64,000 nucleotides of DNA. Source: Epiperipatus broadwayi. Lineage: Eukaryota; Animalia; Onychophora. The DNA lies in assembly GCA_028023455.1 (NCBI GenBank), contig JAQFVV010000009.1:1116001-1180000 (forward strand), written 5' to 3'. The notes under the pieces were generated by a model. The model did no database searches and was not told where the DNA came from. It worked only from the letters and a program-made list of their open reading frames with translations. This document shows positions 39,408 to 52,938 of the stretch, piece by piece (position 1 is the stretch's first letter; every line of letters begins with the position of its first letter). A program made the position numbers and the translations under genes.

Positions 39408-40165
39408 ATGCAATGTGACTTCTCCTTACTTGGAGTCAGGAATCTCTCAACCGCTATGCCCAGAGAAACCTGTTAGCCATTTTACCTTCCTTTTCCATTC
39501 CTCACCCTAAATGTTTCCCCATATTCTTCTCTAATCTGCTCCATCCCATTTCCACAACATAATCTGTGTCAACTCCATGACTTTTATATCTAAATACTCT
39601 TATCTTTTCCCAAACCGAGCATAGAAACCAAGAATCCACTTTCTATATAATCACTTTGTTCATATTTATTCTTCAACAACTTCATTATTTGTATTCTTTC
39701 TGCTTGCAGGCATTTTCATTCAATTAACAGATGCCTAATATTTTCTATGCCTTTGTAATATAACTTGCAGACTAAATCACCCACATTTTTCTATTTATGT
39801 GTACATTCTCTTGTTGCTAAACATCCTGTTCGAGCCTTAAACAGTCAACTACTTCCCTTGCTGTTATCATAAATTAACTTGCGCTCAATATTCTGTTTAC
39901 TTCCATATATATTTAAACTCTTTTTATTCTCCATACTAGTTCTCCATCTCTCCAACTCCCTATTCTTTATTAATGCATCGATTCCTCTATCCCATTAATT
40001 GCCACTATAACACTCAACAATTCTCCTAACACACTAGTTCTCCATCTCTCCAACTCCCTATTCTTTATTAATGCGTCGATTCCTCTATCCCATTAATTGC
40101 CACTATAACACTCAACAATTCTCCTAACACAATCATCTCTTCTTTTACATAAGTATACTAACATA
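39408..40165 (-). mobile_element. 3' end copy of the 24.7-27.8 kb LINE family, with internal 98-bp tandem duplication
   Basis: Colinear with 24730-25395. The duplicated unit at 39935-40032 and 40033-40130 has one mismatch. Confidence 0.9.
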
Positions 40166-40167
40166 AA

Positions 40168-40990
40168 ATTGTCTTTATATAATTAAAGTGCCCTCTATCT
40201 TCGGCACATGACAATACATTTTAAAGGCAAAAGAAAATAACTTCTTAATATTTTTCTCCTTCTTATATCTAGAGGATTGTCTGCAATACCTTTGATAGAA
40301 TGGATGAATTTTCAATCAATCAGAAATTTATCCTCAGATATAAGGAGGAAAAGGGTAAAGAAATATTCTTTTTTATGTATTGCCATGTGCTGAAGATAGA
40401 AGGCCACCTCAATTATATAAAGACAGTTATCTTTAAGGAATTTATTGCATTATTATTACATTATTTTATTGAAGATGGGTGCATTCATTTTGTCCCACAA
40501 TTAATGTGTCTCTTGAATCTGTGTCAACTTGAATGCATGCTGTGTTTTAACTGAGTGGCATGTTTTATTTCTCCTCTGTAGTGACTTCTTTTATCGGTCC
40601 ATGAGAATGGGCTTTGTGATAGGCTTCTTAGGTAGTTGTGGAATGTGAAATAAATTCCATGTATATAAAGACAGTTGCAATGAGTTAATCTCAAAATATT
40701 AAATACATATTCAACATTAAAAATTCTTATTTATTAAATAATAAACATGGATTAAAGATTAAATATGGATGAAAGTTCAAATTTGCCAGATGTTTACATC
40801 AATCAGGTTTTAAAATATTTAGAAATAAATTTCTGGTTGATTTAAAATTCATTTCTTCTAGAAAAGGCATTGCAGACAATCCTTCTGATATAAGAAGGGG
40901 GGGAAAAAATAAAGAAGTATCCACTTTTGTTTTTAAAATGTATTGTCATGGGTTGAAACTAGTGGGTACTTCAATTATATAAAGACAGTT
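40168..40990. repeat. MITE/foldback cluster: a 260-bp hairpin plus a second inverted half copy
   Basis: TGTCTTTATATAATT...AATTATATAAAGACA (40170-40425). 40820-40990 is the reverse complement of 40170-40340. TATAAAGACAGTT occurs three times. Confidence 0.75.
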
Positions 40991-42199
40991 GTAATGACAT
41001 AATATTTATAATATGCAAGAATATTTTCAAAAATAAATTATTTTACTGATATTTTTCAATATTTATATAAAATTTGTTAAGAGTATTGTTTTGTAAACAA
41101 TAAAATCATGTGTCATATTAAATAATTGATTTATTTATAATCAAATGCTAATTGTTCAGAAAAAAGATAAATTTACAAAAGTTACTGGGAGCACTAAATC
41201 ACCTTGTCAGTTATAAAACTAATATAAAAAAAAAATGGAGCAAAAAGTAGGCAGAAGATTTTGTACTAAAAACTTCAGAATTATTTAATTTTATTAATAA
41301 TTTATTAAAAATTCTATTCATAGATTAACAAGTGAAAAGGCTAATAATTTAAATTTTATGAAAAATGTAATATCATTTAAAAAAATTTTATTATTAAATT
41401 GTGTAGCGCATTGTATTTTCAATAATCAAACACAAGTTAAAGAAAACAAATAGTGGGTAAAATATATTACAACTTTTCAAAAATTGTTGGCAGAGTTCCA
41501 TTATTTCTCAAATAGATGAAATGCAATTTCATCATGTTCATGGGGTAAATATCAGGCTGAAATAGAAATAAAAACTGAAGTTAAATGATCAATGACAGAA
41601 TGAGTAAAATCAAACTGACATCAAAACATTAATTTGGACAATAAAATATAAATAAAAAAGGTACAATGAACTGTACAGTAAAAATCAATGTCATGTACTA
41701 GAAAGCTAACCAATTATAAAATAATTGTAAAAACCTGGTTTCATTGTCACTGATTTTCTTTAATGCTTTCATTGTAGCTTTTAGGATATGACAAGTGCCA
41801 ATCTAAAGAAGTCTGTGATATTTATTTATTTATTAACTCCATATTAATTATTATTTAAAAGATTTATAATTATAAATGTTTCCATATAGTAAATGCTTAT
41901 GTTAATGAAGAAAGCTGAGCTAGATTTTTACAAATAGATTAGAAAGAAAAACAAAGTTAAAAAAAAAAATCTTTTCTAAACTAATTTTTATATATATTTG
42001 ACTTTTTTTTTTTTTTTCAGTTTGTATAAAAATCTTTATAATTTTAATATTTTTATTAAAATACCATATAAGCAATCCTCTGCATATACGTTTTTGGAAA
42101 GTACATTTACTTGATCCTATATGGAAATTTCATCCATGACCAGTCATTAACCATAAACCAAGAGCAGTTTCTATTTTAATGTCATTTATAAAAGAGTTC

Positions 42200-42520
42200 A
42201 AGTAATCAATGATTATCAGATAGTAATGCATTTAAATCCTTATCCACAGATCAGATTCTGAGTTTTGCCTTTAACACTAATGTTTGGCATTCAAAGCCGG
42301 AAGTAACACAATTATGCATCTAGCAATTCAATTTTAACTCCATTTTACTATTTAAGCTAAAAGCCTAAAATTCAAAATACATTGAGGTTATTTTGTAAAA
42401 TGGAGTTAAAAGTAACTGTTCAATGCATAATTGCATTATTTACACTTTTGAATCCAAGTCTTCATTGATAAAGGCAAAAGACAGAAACCAGTCTACCATC
42501 AGATAATTAATAATTATTAA
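42200..42520. repeat. Older foldback palindrome with arms of about 140 bp
   Basis: TTTTGCCTTTA...TTTTAACTCCATTTTAC versus GTAAAATGGAGTTAAAA...TAAAGGCAAAA. Confidence 0.7.
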
Positions 42521-43708
42521 ACCTTAATAAATGACACTTCATTACATATTGTGTAAATCAAAAAATTAATTTGTTGTTATTAATTTTCATAGAGAGAGAA
42601 AAAAATGTTCTTACTATTAGAAAAGAACTGAGATATTAAGATATTTAGTGATTCGGATCTATATAATTGTTCACGTACATTGATTTGAAGTCAGAACCTT
42701 AAATGCGTTTTGAATTTGTTTGGATAATAAAATGAAGTAAAAGATAGTTGCTAACTTGCATAACTTCATTTTTCTAATTTTGAATCTTTAGTCTCCATTG
42801 GTAGACAAAAGACAGAATCTTGTTTGTGGATGGAAATTATTGCAGTACTATCTAGTAATAATCATTGATTAATCAAGCTTGCTATAGATGGCATTAGACT
42901 AGAGAAGTATTCCTGTTTTGTCATGTATAAATTAAAGAATTAAGTGATTTGTTATTATTAATCTTTATCTATTATGATTTTGATTAATTATCATCTAGAT
43001 ATACTATATGAATTGCTTGACAAATAAATATTTTGTTACTACTATTCACTGGATTGAGCTAAATTCATATAAATTTATCTTAATAATTTGTTTGTATACA
43101 TACTGACAAATCATGTATAAATTTATGAAATATTAAGTTTTATCATATGCAAAACAAAGAAGCAATATTTATATATAATGTTAAGTATATAATTACATAT
43201 TTAATATTTTAGATTTGGAATAATAGTAAAATACTAGTTTTATATAACATGACACTGCCTTAAGAATTTAGCAAGCTTTACAATAAAATAAAGATGAAAA
43301 CAAAAGATCTAAAGATAAAAACTAAACAACAATTTTAAAGTATTTTTTATTAGTACATAAAAAAGGCAAACAAAACAGGTTGTATAAATATGGGTCGAAT
43401 TTACATCAAGATTTTAAAAATAAAAAAAAATCTCAAGACAAAAAAAATAAAATATACAACTAATATATTAAAGATGATTACACAAGATAGAAAATATTAT
43501 GACTAATTTAAATATAAATCTTACAAGATTTTGTACACTTAATTATCTATGCAATTACAATTGAACTTATAAAATACTAACACATTCATTTTTAAAAATT
43601 TTGAATTTAGACAATAATAGTAATTCTAAAAAATATTTATTATTATTTTTTAGTAATAAGCATTGTATTTCTTTTAATAAATATATGTAAATTTTCTCTC
43701 ACATACCA

Positions 43709-45425
43709 GATCATCATCATCATCATCATCATCAACCATTATCAATCCACTGCGGGATGAAGGTCTCTCCAAGTTCAATCCACCTTTTCCTATCTTTAGC
43801 TACTCTTTTCCACATTACCCCTGCACACTTTTTTATTTCATCCATCCATCTCACATGTGGTCTCTTTCTGGATCTTTTACAATCTCTTGGAATCCAGTTT
43901 AAAATTTCAATTGTCCATCTATTATCATCTCTTCTAGCAATATGTCTGGCCCAACTCCACTTCAGGCTTTTAATTTTTTCAATGAGGTCAGTAACACATG
44001 TTTGTTCTCTTACCCATACATTGCGTTTTCGATCTCTTCTTGTTACTCCCAACATGCATCTCTCGTTACTCCCAACATGCATCTCTCCATACTTCTTTGA
44101 GTGGTCTGAAGTCTCTGTATTGCTCTTCTATTAAGTGTCCAAGTCTCAGATCCATAAGTAAGAACTGGCAAAGCACATTTATTAAAAACCTTCCTTTTCA
44201 AACACATAGGCATATTTCCTTTTAGCATCAAGTTATTTCTACCAAAAGCACTCCAACCAAGTTTAATTCTATGATTAATTTCATCCATTATGTTTCCATC
44301 TGTATAAATAATCTGACCAAGGTATTTGTAACTGTTAAAACTTCTAACTCATCATAATCAATCTTTATTTTAATATTTTGAGAAAATTTATTAAACATTA
44401 CTTTAGGGTATATGAGCACAGACTTTCACACAACCCATCACTCTCCACACTATCTCATAACACTGGTACACCTGAACACATATATGTTGAAAAGATAAAT
44501 AATCACCAATATACGTATTTCATGCTAAACCAGTAATCATCAGCCTGTGTGTTTCAGTTAAACATTACTTTAGTCTTTTTAACATTTATCTTTAGTCTTA
44601 CTTTCATCTGATAACTCCTGCAACATTTCCTGTATCTCTAAAGCATTATTTGCAAAAACAACTACATCATCTGCAAAATATCAATGACTTAAATAATCTC
44701 CATTTACTTTCACTCCTTTAGCTTCCCATTTTAATCCATAAAATACTTCTTGCAGCACTGCTATAAAAAGTTTTGGAGATATGGAGTCACCCTGTCTTAC
44801 ACCCTTTTCAATGTTGATTTTTCTACTATCATTATTTAATCTAATTGTTGCTGTTGCATTTTTATAAATATTCTTTAAAATATGCCAATATCCTGGATCT
44901 ATACCTTGATGATCCAATGCTTTAATCACTGAAGAAATGTTTATAGAATCAAATGCTTTTTCATAATCTACAAATCCTAAGCATAATGGCAACTCATATT
45001 CATTTGTCCTTTCTATAACCTCTCTCAATACCTGGATATGATCTACTGTACTAAAAACACTCTTAAATCCAGCTTGTTCTCTTGGTTGGTGAAAATCCAG
45101 TGTTTTCTGTAGACGAGTTGTAATTATCTTAGTAAAAATTTTGTATAAAACTGATAAAAGACTGATAGGTCGGTAATTTCTAATATCTTCTTTATCACCT
45201 TTTTTAAATATTAATATTATTACTGCATTCTTCCAATCATCTGGTACATCTTTATCATTTAGACATTTGGTATATAACTTTGCTAAAAAATTTTCTATTT
45301 CTTCATCTGCTTCTTTTAATATATCAATTATAATTCCATCATTACCTGGAGCCTTCTCTTTCTTCATAAATTTAATTGCATAGCTCACTTCCTCATTCAA
45401 AATTCTGGGCAATTTGGAAGATATA
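43709..45425 (-). mobile_element. RTE-clade LINE, 5'-truncated, with RT domain, split by a 151-bp insertion
   Basis: ORF 44681..45484 (NYRPISLL, EQAGF, VDYEKAFDS, GVRQGD.ISPKLF), FADD near 44665-44677, ORF 43732..44082, and (GAT)8 tail at 43709-43733. A 21-bp local duplication lies near 44040-44085. Confidence 0.95.
44407..44557 (-). mobile_element. Family A retrozyme fragment inserted with a perfect 16-bp TSD; contains an HHR core
   Basis: TTAAACATTACTTTAG at 44391-44406 and 44558-44573. Minus strand reads CTGATGA TTAC-TGGTTTA-GCAT GAAA TACGTAT A/TTGGTGAT (about 44500-44542). Confidence 0.88.
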
Positions 45426-45746
45426 ATAAGCATTGCATTTCTTTTAATATATATATATGTATATACATAATCATTAGAAACCAATCAATATTTAGACAAT
45501 CCCAATATAGATAGCAATCAATAATTTCAAACTGGGATCAAGGCAACCTCCTTGATCCAAAAAATTATACTAGAAATAATCAAATACATGATAGTTTCAG
45601 TTGAGAAAATGATTAAAAAGATCAAAGAAAATAAGACTCTTCATAACTATAGTAAACAATAAATCAAAGTGCAATTTTTCTTTGATTTTAAGCAACAATC
45701 TTTAATAAATTATCATTTAATTTTTGTTCAAATATTGGTACATTAT

Positions 45747-46322
45747 TTGCCTGAAAGTTTGTGATGATGGTATATTATTAGATGTGATATGTTGAACTAT
45801 TTCCATCATCTATGAGTGAATGTTTTTAATGTATAAAAAATTTTAAACTTTATTTAAACTTTTCAAATACAAACAACTTGTTAGTAATAACATACAATTA
45901 GACAACGCAGATTAGTAATTACACAACATTTCGTGTAGTATTATTGTCCACTTTTCTTCAGGTGTTGCTGGCCTGATATTCACAATGACAGTATTCGCAT
46001 AGAAGTTGACCTCGCATCTTTAGATTCTTGAATATCAAATTTAAGGCAAATGCTAACAGAATAGTTCAGTAGGTTAAAGCGTTTGCCTTAAATTTGATAT
46101 TCAAGAATCTAAAGGTATGAGTTCAACTTCTATGCTAATACTGTCACTATGCATATCAGGCCAGCAACACCTGAAGAAACGTTGTGTAATTACTAACCTA
46201 TGTTGTCTAATTGTGTGTTATTACTAACAAGTTGTTTGTATTTGAAAAGTTTAAATAAAATTTAAAATTTTCTATACATTCAACATTCATGCATAGATGA
46301 TGGAAATAGTCCAACATATCAC
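45747..46322. mobile_element. Palindromic HHR-bearing insertion (Penelope pLTR-like) with 13-bp TSD
   Basis: ATTGGTACATTAT at 45734-45746 and 46323-46335. Arms at about 45783-46055 and 46080-46323, with a 36-nt asymmetric left extension. Confidence 0.85.
45921..45965 (-). ncRNA. Minimal type I hammerhead, family C left arm
   Basis: ACAC CTGAAGA AAA GTG-GACAATAATACTA-CAC GAAA T GTT/GTGT. The right-arm copy (46167-46187, +) keeps GAAACGTT but lacks stem II. Confidence 0.65.
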
Positions 46323-47466
46323 ATTGGTACATTATGTTCTAATATTTTTTAAACAGCTACAGTTTATTTTTGCCATAATTATAAAATAACTTATTAAATT
46401 CAACAATATCATTAATCAAAGAAGGCCAGGCAAACAACATTACTGGATTATACTATTGCACATCTGTGTCTATATATATATATATATATAAAACCAAAAA
46501 AAAAAAAAAACATAAATCCAAGAAATAATATAATATTTCTTGGATTTATAAGTTTTTTTTTGGTTTTTTTATATGTATTTCCTTTGGTTAGTTTTTTATA
46601 TTTATACACACACACACACACACATTTTAAGCAAAGTAGCATAAACACAATTTAAAAATAAAATGATCTAATAATAATAGTTGATTTTTGTTTTTAATTA
46701 ATTTATTTAATTTTGAAAGAATTATTAAAAGTAAAATATATATATATTTACTTTTTAAAAATCAATTAATTTTTCATAATGCACGCATAAACAGGTTAGT
46801 ATTATTATTTTTTTTATAAACATATCCTACTTATCTTCACAATGCATTTTACATTTAACATTTTAGACAAAAAAAAATAACCATTGTCAGATTTTTTTTT
46901 TTTTTGGAATCGCAAAGCATAGTGTTAGTTAACCTATCAGCCATGTTCATATCTGGAATAAGAGTATAGACTTGCTAAACTATGAAATGATTTTACTAAG
47001 TCACAAGCAGGTTTAGAATTTTTCTTTCAAGTATTAGGCTAACTATCAATACTGTACATATTAAAGGTATCTAGTGATTATTCGCTAGAGGGTAGTGGCT
47101 TTAAATTTATTGGATTGGTCCATTGATATTAATGCACTATTCTAAAACAAAAATAAGATTGTAATATAATGAGGATTTCACTATTGGTGAGGAGTTCTGT
47201 GAGTGATAAACCCAGAATTTACCTTTATTTTTAGAATTTCTCTCCAAATCTAAAGATGAAGATTTAAAACTGGAATTTGTATCAACTTATTATCTTCCAT
47301 CAAAGATTCATCTCATCTTAGCTGTTAAGTGAAATTATACAATAAAAGTTCATGCAAATTATAAAATACACCATAAAATATAAAAATAAAGATTTAAAAT
47401 AAAATATGAAATTTAATTCCAATATTAAATTTTAAACCTAATCTAAGTAAGATTTTGATGTCATAC

Positions 47467-47537
47467 CAAGATCTGCAGCTTTCCTGATTCCTGCTTCATC
47501 TTCAGGACCATCAGATGAAAGAGCCAAAATATCAAAC
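47467..47537 (-). CDS. LYPLA1: LYPLA1/APT1 exon (FDILALSSDGPEDEAGIRKAADL-V)
   Basis: TTTCAG|G TTT GAT...CTT G|GTATGA. 71 nt, PEDE.GI motif, in frame with both neighbours. Confidence 0.95.
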
Positions 47538-48619
47538 CTGAAATATTGTTCAATATTTTAATTACTTTTTATAATAAATATAAATTATGTACTTAATAAA
47601 TACATATACATTTAATAAATATTATAGAAATGTAATAGAAATAAACAAAAAAAGCAATTGTGATTATGCATACATAAGTCAAATATGATAAGTATTTTAT
47701 AATGAAATAATTTCCAAATTCTATTTGTTAGTGATTTCATAATTTTCATTAACTACTTTTAAATTAAACTTACCAATTTAAATCTATTACATAATATATA
47801 TAATCTATTATTTAATGACAATAATAATGGCAAATAATTTTAAAAAAAATTATTCCATCTTAAAATTTCAATAATAAGCCATAAAATATTACCATTCATA
47901 AATTAAAATGTATTTTCATTATATAAAGATGAACAAATAGCTTGAAAGTCAAAACAAATCAAATACCATTAAACAATTGTCTTTATTTGCATAGCATAAA
48001 CTTATTAGTTTGCATAAATTAAATTTAAATTAAACAAAGTGATGCTTCAGTATTGTGAATTTTAGACAATGATGAATGTAGTCAATTATCATACTATTAG
48101 CCACTATATAGAACATATTTTTAACCCTTTTATTCCAAGTTAATTTCTAAATGCAAGGGAAAAAAGTGAAAATAAAATTCATTCCCGCAAGTTTATTCAG
48201 GTTTTGAAAAACATAGATGGAAAAGATTGATCTATATGTTTCAACAAAACAAAGATATACAATTAAAATTAATCAGTAAAGATTGTGATTATGATGATGA
48301 TCATGCTCAGGCCCATGTTGATACCATGTGTATACTAGATATAAATAAAATAGCAACAATATAACTTCCAGATGTAAATAGTTTGAAAGGAGATTTTTAG
48401 TACTATTAGAGTTATTCTATAAGTTGTAATCTTGGGATATTATCCAAATAATTCCAAAGAAAATTATATAGAATCCTCACACCCATACACCAATATTTCA
48501 TTATTGTATTAATTTGCTTCATATAGAACAAAAGCATTTTCCAAATATAGGCACAAGATTATAAAATAGATAATACTTAATGTAATATTTAAATAAATTT
48601 ATAATAATAATAATAATAA

Positions 48620-49075
48620 TCATATTTTTATTAATTAACGAACAATAAATGAATTAATGATACATGTAAAATAAATATTCTAGTATATAATAATTCTAAT
48701 ATATAAAAATATAGTATAGATATTAAATTGTTAAATATGTGAAAACAACAACAATAGTGAAGTGGGTTAAATCTATGTTCATCTGGTTTACACACACACA
48801 TGTATAAATGTAAATGTTGAATCAAATATATACACACCAATATATGCATTATATAGATATATTTATATTCGGGTCAACATTAGTATTTATATATATATAT
48901 GTAAATGGGATGAGCTTACATTTAACCCACATCATTACAGTTATTCTTTTCAATATATTTAATAATTTAATATCTATACTATGTTTATATGTTGGAATTA
49001 TTATTCTAAATTAGAATATTTATTTTAGATGTGACATTAATCCATTTATTATTCAGTAATTAATAAAACTATTAA
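48620..49075. repeat. AT-rich foldback palindrome
   Basis: ATAGTATAGATATTAAATT...GTGGGTTAAAT versus ATTTAACCCAC...AATTTAATATCTATACTAT. Confidence 0.8.
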
Positions 49076-49506
49076 TGTTATTTCAATTACTATAATAAAT
49101 TTATTTAAATATTTGGTCATTTTATACTTATGCATATATTTTGCTGCATTATTCCTTTAACAATATAATTAATTTTGCACATATGTATTTGCATAAAAAA
49201 CAATATTGATTGTTATTTAATTAAGGATTTAGAATTGCACTTATCATCTATATAAAGTAATTATAGCTATAAATGCATCAGGAATATCTTGTAAAAGCGA
49301 CTTAAATTTAACTGATGTTGTATGCATATATCCAATTAGGTTGCTAGTTGTAAAACATATCAATGAGCATCTTATGAGATATTTATATGTATATTTACCC
49401 AGTTACATTTTAAGATAAAAATTAATAATTCTTCCATAAATATATAAACATTAAAAAACTTCTTTTTGCAAAAACTTGTTAGTTCAATTAGAAAATTCCT
49501 TTATGC

Positions 49507-51240
49507 CAGTGTTGGGCAACCTCCGGCCTGTAGATTACCTCCATTTCTTGAATGCTCTCAATCCAGCTCTCAGACATTTTCAAAACACATATATGCAAAG
49601 ATTGAATCAACAGTAAAGTAAAATAAAATATTAGTTTTTTTCAATCATTTTTCCTCATAATATTCCAAAAATTATGTACATTGTGCATTTTATCTGAATA
49701 TGGATTTAATCTGCAACTTTGAGGACATTTTGTTTGTTTTTGTAGTGATTTTCATAAATGAAATGTCATATACTAGCAAAGGTAAATTCAAATTTTAACT
49801 TTGTCTTCTTCTTATTATTTTACATTTAATTAAATTGTCACAGAAAATTATGCATTTCAAGAGAAATGAATCATCACATATTTTTTTAGGAAAGATATAG
49901 TAAAGCGATATGCCTATCATCGGAAAAATATTGCAGTTAATAAAGAACACAATATTAAGAGTATTATTCATCAAAACATTCTGATGATAACTAAATTGTT
50001 GGATAACAAAGAAATATTAATATAGAAAACTTGAAAAGATGTTTAATTAAGCAGCAGACAGAAAATTCTGTGAAAGCAAGTTACATTATTTTTTAAATTA
50101 AAAAATAGAAAATTCTAAACAATTTTCAAAAAAGGAGTTTATAAAAGACTGCATCCTAGTTGCTGTATGGTTAATCTGCCCTAAATACAAAAAAAAATTT
50201 GAGAATATAAATATATCATGAAGAACAGTTACAAGGTAAATTGAAATGTCAGTAAATTGGAATGGCTGTTGGGAAAAAATTACTTATAGACACTGTTCAA
50301 TCCTATTAAAAGAATTAATCAAAATTTTAATATTACCAAAGAAATATTACCTCTTATTCAACTTGAGAGAGTAAGCAATGACATCTTTGATAAATTAAAA
50401 GAAGTAATGTTAAAGTTCAAATGCGGTACCATAATTTGTCTGGAATATCTACTAATGGAGCCAAGTCAATTAGAAAGAATAAGGACATTTTAGAGCATTT
50501 CAACAATGATATGGATGAAAATGAATTCAAGAGAAAATGTATTTCTCATTGCAAAAATTCAATAAAATTTATGTTCTAAAATTATTAACATGGAGAATGT
50601 AATGATTGTTGGGATTAAGTGCATAAATGAAGTTAATTTGTAAAATTTCTAGATATCTTAAAGTCGATTATGAAGATTTAACATATTATTGTTAAGCGTG
50701 ATGGCTTTCAAAAGGAGCTATATTAAAAAGGTTTTTTTGAATTAAAATATGAAGTGAAGCTCTTCATGGAAATTAAAGGAAAACTTATATCAGAATTAAC
50801 TAATAAAGAATGGTTGTGATTTGTCATTTCTCATTGGTATAACTACCAATATAAATAACCTAAGCATAAAATTACAAAAAGAAATTCAATTAGTAATCAA
50901 ATTATATGGACATTATTTCAAAAAGAATTGAATTTTTTTCCATAGCTAGTTAAGTAACAATAATTTTATCAATTTTCCAACATTTACCTCTACTTTTAAT
51001 AATAACTAAAGAAACATAACATTTTAATAAAAGAGCATAATAAATTTCAAGAAAAGTTACCCTGATTTTGAAAGCAACAAAACTTATTTTGAAATATTTT
51101 CAGATCTTTTCATGATATCGACATAAATAAAATTCCTGAAAAATACCAGGCCGAGATTACAGAACTTCTACAGAAAATTTATGGAATCTCAAGAATTTCC
51201 AAACTTGGTTGACAATGCAGAGAAATAATTAATGTTATTA
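49507..51240 (+). mobile_element. SPIN/GTF2IRD2-like hAT relic, 3' end missing
   Basis: TIR CAGTGTTGGGCAACCTCCGGCC after CTTTATGC (nnnTAnnn). Remnants KAICL, IAV.KEHNIK, ENSVKASY, EFIKDCIL...ICPK.KKKFENI and EFPNL. Confidence 0.85.
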
Positions 51241-51640
51241 AAATTTTAAAAAATAATTGATATATATATATTCTATTAATTTTAATAATCTTGTAACTAA
51301 ACAATGACTATTAAATATTTAGTGCTAAGAATATATAATAATATTCATGAGGTATTAATCTTCATATACACATACCATAATAATTCTTTACAAGCCAGAC
51401 TTCCTAGAGTTGTTTTAATAAACTTTCAAATAATGTCTTTCATATCAATTTAAGCTATTATATAATTCAAGAGAGTGTTATTTGCAAAATTATTAAAATG
51501 ACTCTAGAAGATCAGATTTGTAAAGGATTAGTATGATATGTGCATTTGAAGATAATTATACTTCAAATAAACAAACACGTGTAATTGTAAATATAGTTTT
51601 TAAGTTCATCCATGAATGTACTATACTGTCAGTAAAATAA

Positions 51641-52330
51641 GCCCGATGTTTCCGTAGGATTTCACTTGCTATCATTTGGAAGGGCAGTCCAATAGATGTT
51701 TTCTAAAATATTAAAAAATTCATTATAGTTAAAAGTTATATTATTAGACTATTGATTTTTATCCAATATCAAATTTAAAAATCAAACTGAAAGAATGGTA
51801 TGGCATTGAATGATTAATATAAAAAGTTTTGTTTTTGATTGGCATGCTTATAACATTTTTCCATATGGATAAAAGCTTTCTGTTTTATCATATTTATTAG
51901 TGCAATTGGATCTCTTTAGAATTTCAATGGATTATCTAAATATTCTCTCATAGGGCAAGTTACATTTAAATAAAATTTTAGTTTGGGCAAAATCTATATT
52001 GTGTATTGATCTCCAAAATATATAGAATAATTGTTGATGATGACAATTCTTATTTGATTGCATTAACATACTCATTGCTTTAGCATTGATGCAACAATTG
52101 CTGTTACAAAAAAAAGTCTTACAACTTCACAACAATTTCATAGACATATCAAATTCCTTAAGTTTTTAATTAATGCCAATTTTCTGATTGGTAATGAATA
52201 TTGTTTCAATATTATAATGCTTTGGAATAGTGATATCAATAATAAGAAACCACATATATGGAAGAACATGAAATCTATGTTTGTATTTTGTGCCCATGAA
52301 AAGCTTTTTCATTTTAAAATGTAATGCGTA
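51641..52330 (-). mobile_element. Penelope-like element 3' fragment: GIY-YIG endonuclease remnant plus downstream HHR remnant
   Basis: LPY...KHYNIETIFITNQKI, VYEI, EYVNAIK and HNIDFAQTKILFKCN..YERIFR*SIEILK. Then GCCC...TAG..CTAC GGAAAC ATC/GGGC at 51641-51685. Confidence 0.75.
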
Positions 52331-52489
52331 CATGCATGTGCATATACACACTAAATAATTGAAGAAAAAAATTATTTACTTATGTCTACCATTTGCCTTT
52401 AAAAAATCATTATGATAGAATGACATTTTTAAGTACTTTTATAAAATAGTGATATATGATTGATATCTTAATAGCTCAATTTTATATAT

Positions 52490-52755
52490 ACAGTATATTT
52501 AATGAATCATCTTTTAATGCTTAATTTTTATAATGACCAAATTTTATTAAATAAAGTCAACATTTTCAGAGAACTAAAAAGAAAAATTATGCATTGTGTT
52601 ATAAAAAATATTAATAATAATACAATGAATAACTTTTCTGCATAGAACTTTCAAGAAGATAGCAGAATAATTGAGACAATGATTTCACCTAATAAAATTT
52701 AAACATTGCAAAAAATTAAGCATTAAAAGGAGATGATGTACTAAATATTGAATAA
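52490..52755. repeat. Foldback with arms of about 80 bp
   Basis: ATCATCTTTTAATGCTTAATTTTT versus AAAAATTAAGCATTAAAAGGAGATGAT. Confidence 0.65.
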
Positions 52756-52890
52756 TATGCAATGTTATCAGAGAATACTGTTTAAATATATATATATACA
52801 CTTACATTAAAGAAAATATATATTAGAAAATAAATTATATAGAATTAGAATATAAAAATTAGTTAAGAATAAAATAATAATAATACTTAC

Positions 52891-52938
52891 CATGATGGCA
52901 TTCTAATTCCTGCATTAAGAGTAACAGGTATAGTTGGT
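52891..52938 (-). CDS. LYPLA1: LYPLA1/APT1 exon (PTIPVTLNAGIRMPS-W)
   Basis: AG|A CCA ACT ATA...TCA TG|GTAAGT. 48 nt, carrying the diagnostic PVTLN...RMPSWFD motif. Confidence 0.95.

Noticed and set aside
38640-39410. Open frames (MPLPGL..., VNGDFSNKLIKDVFEKM...) resembling LINE ORF1
   Set aside because: The similarity is too weak to call without a search.
40385-40965. CTGAAGA and GAAACTAGT words in the 40-kb foldback
   Set aside because: They are not in the same molecule in the right order and have no supporting stems.
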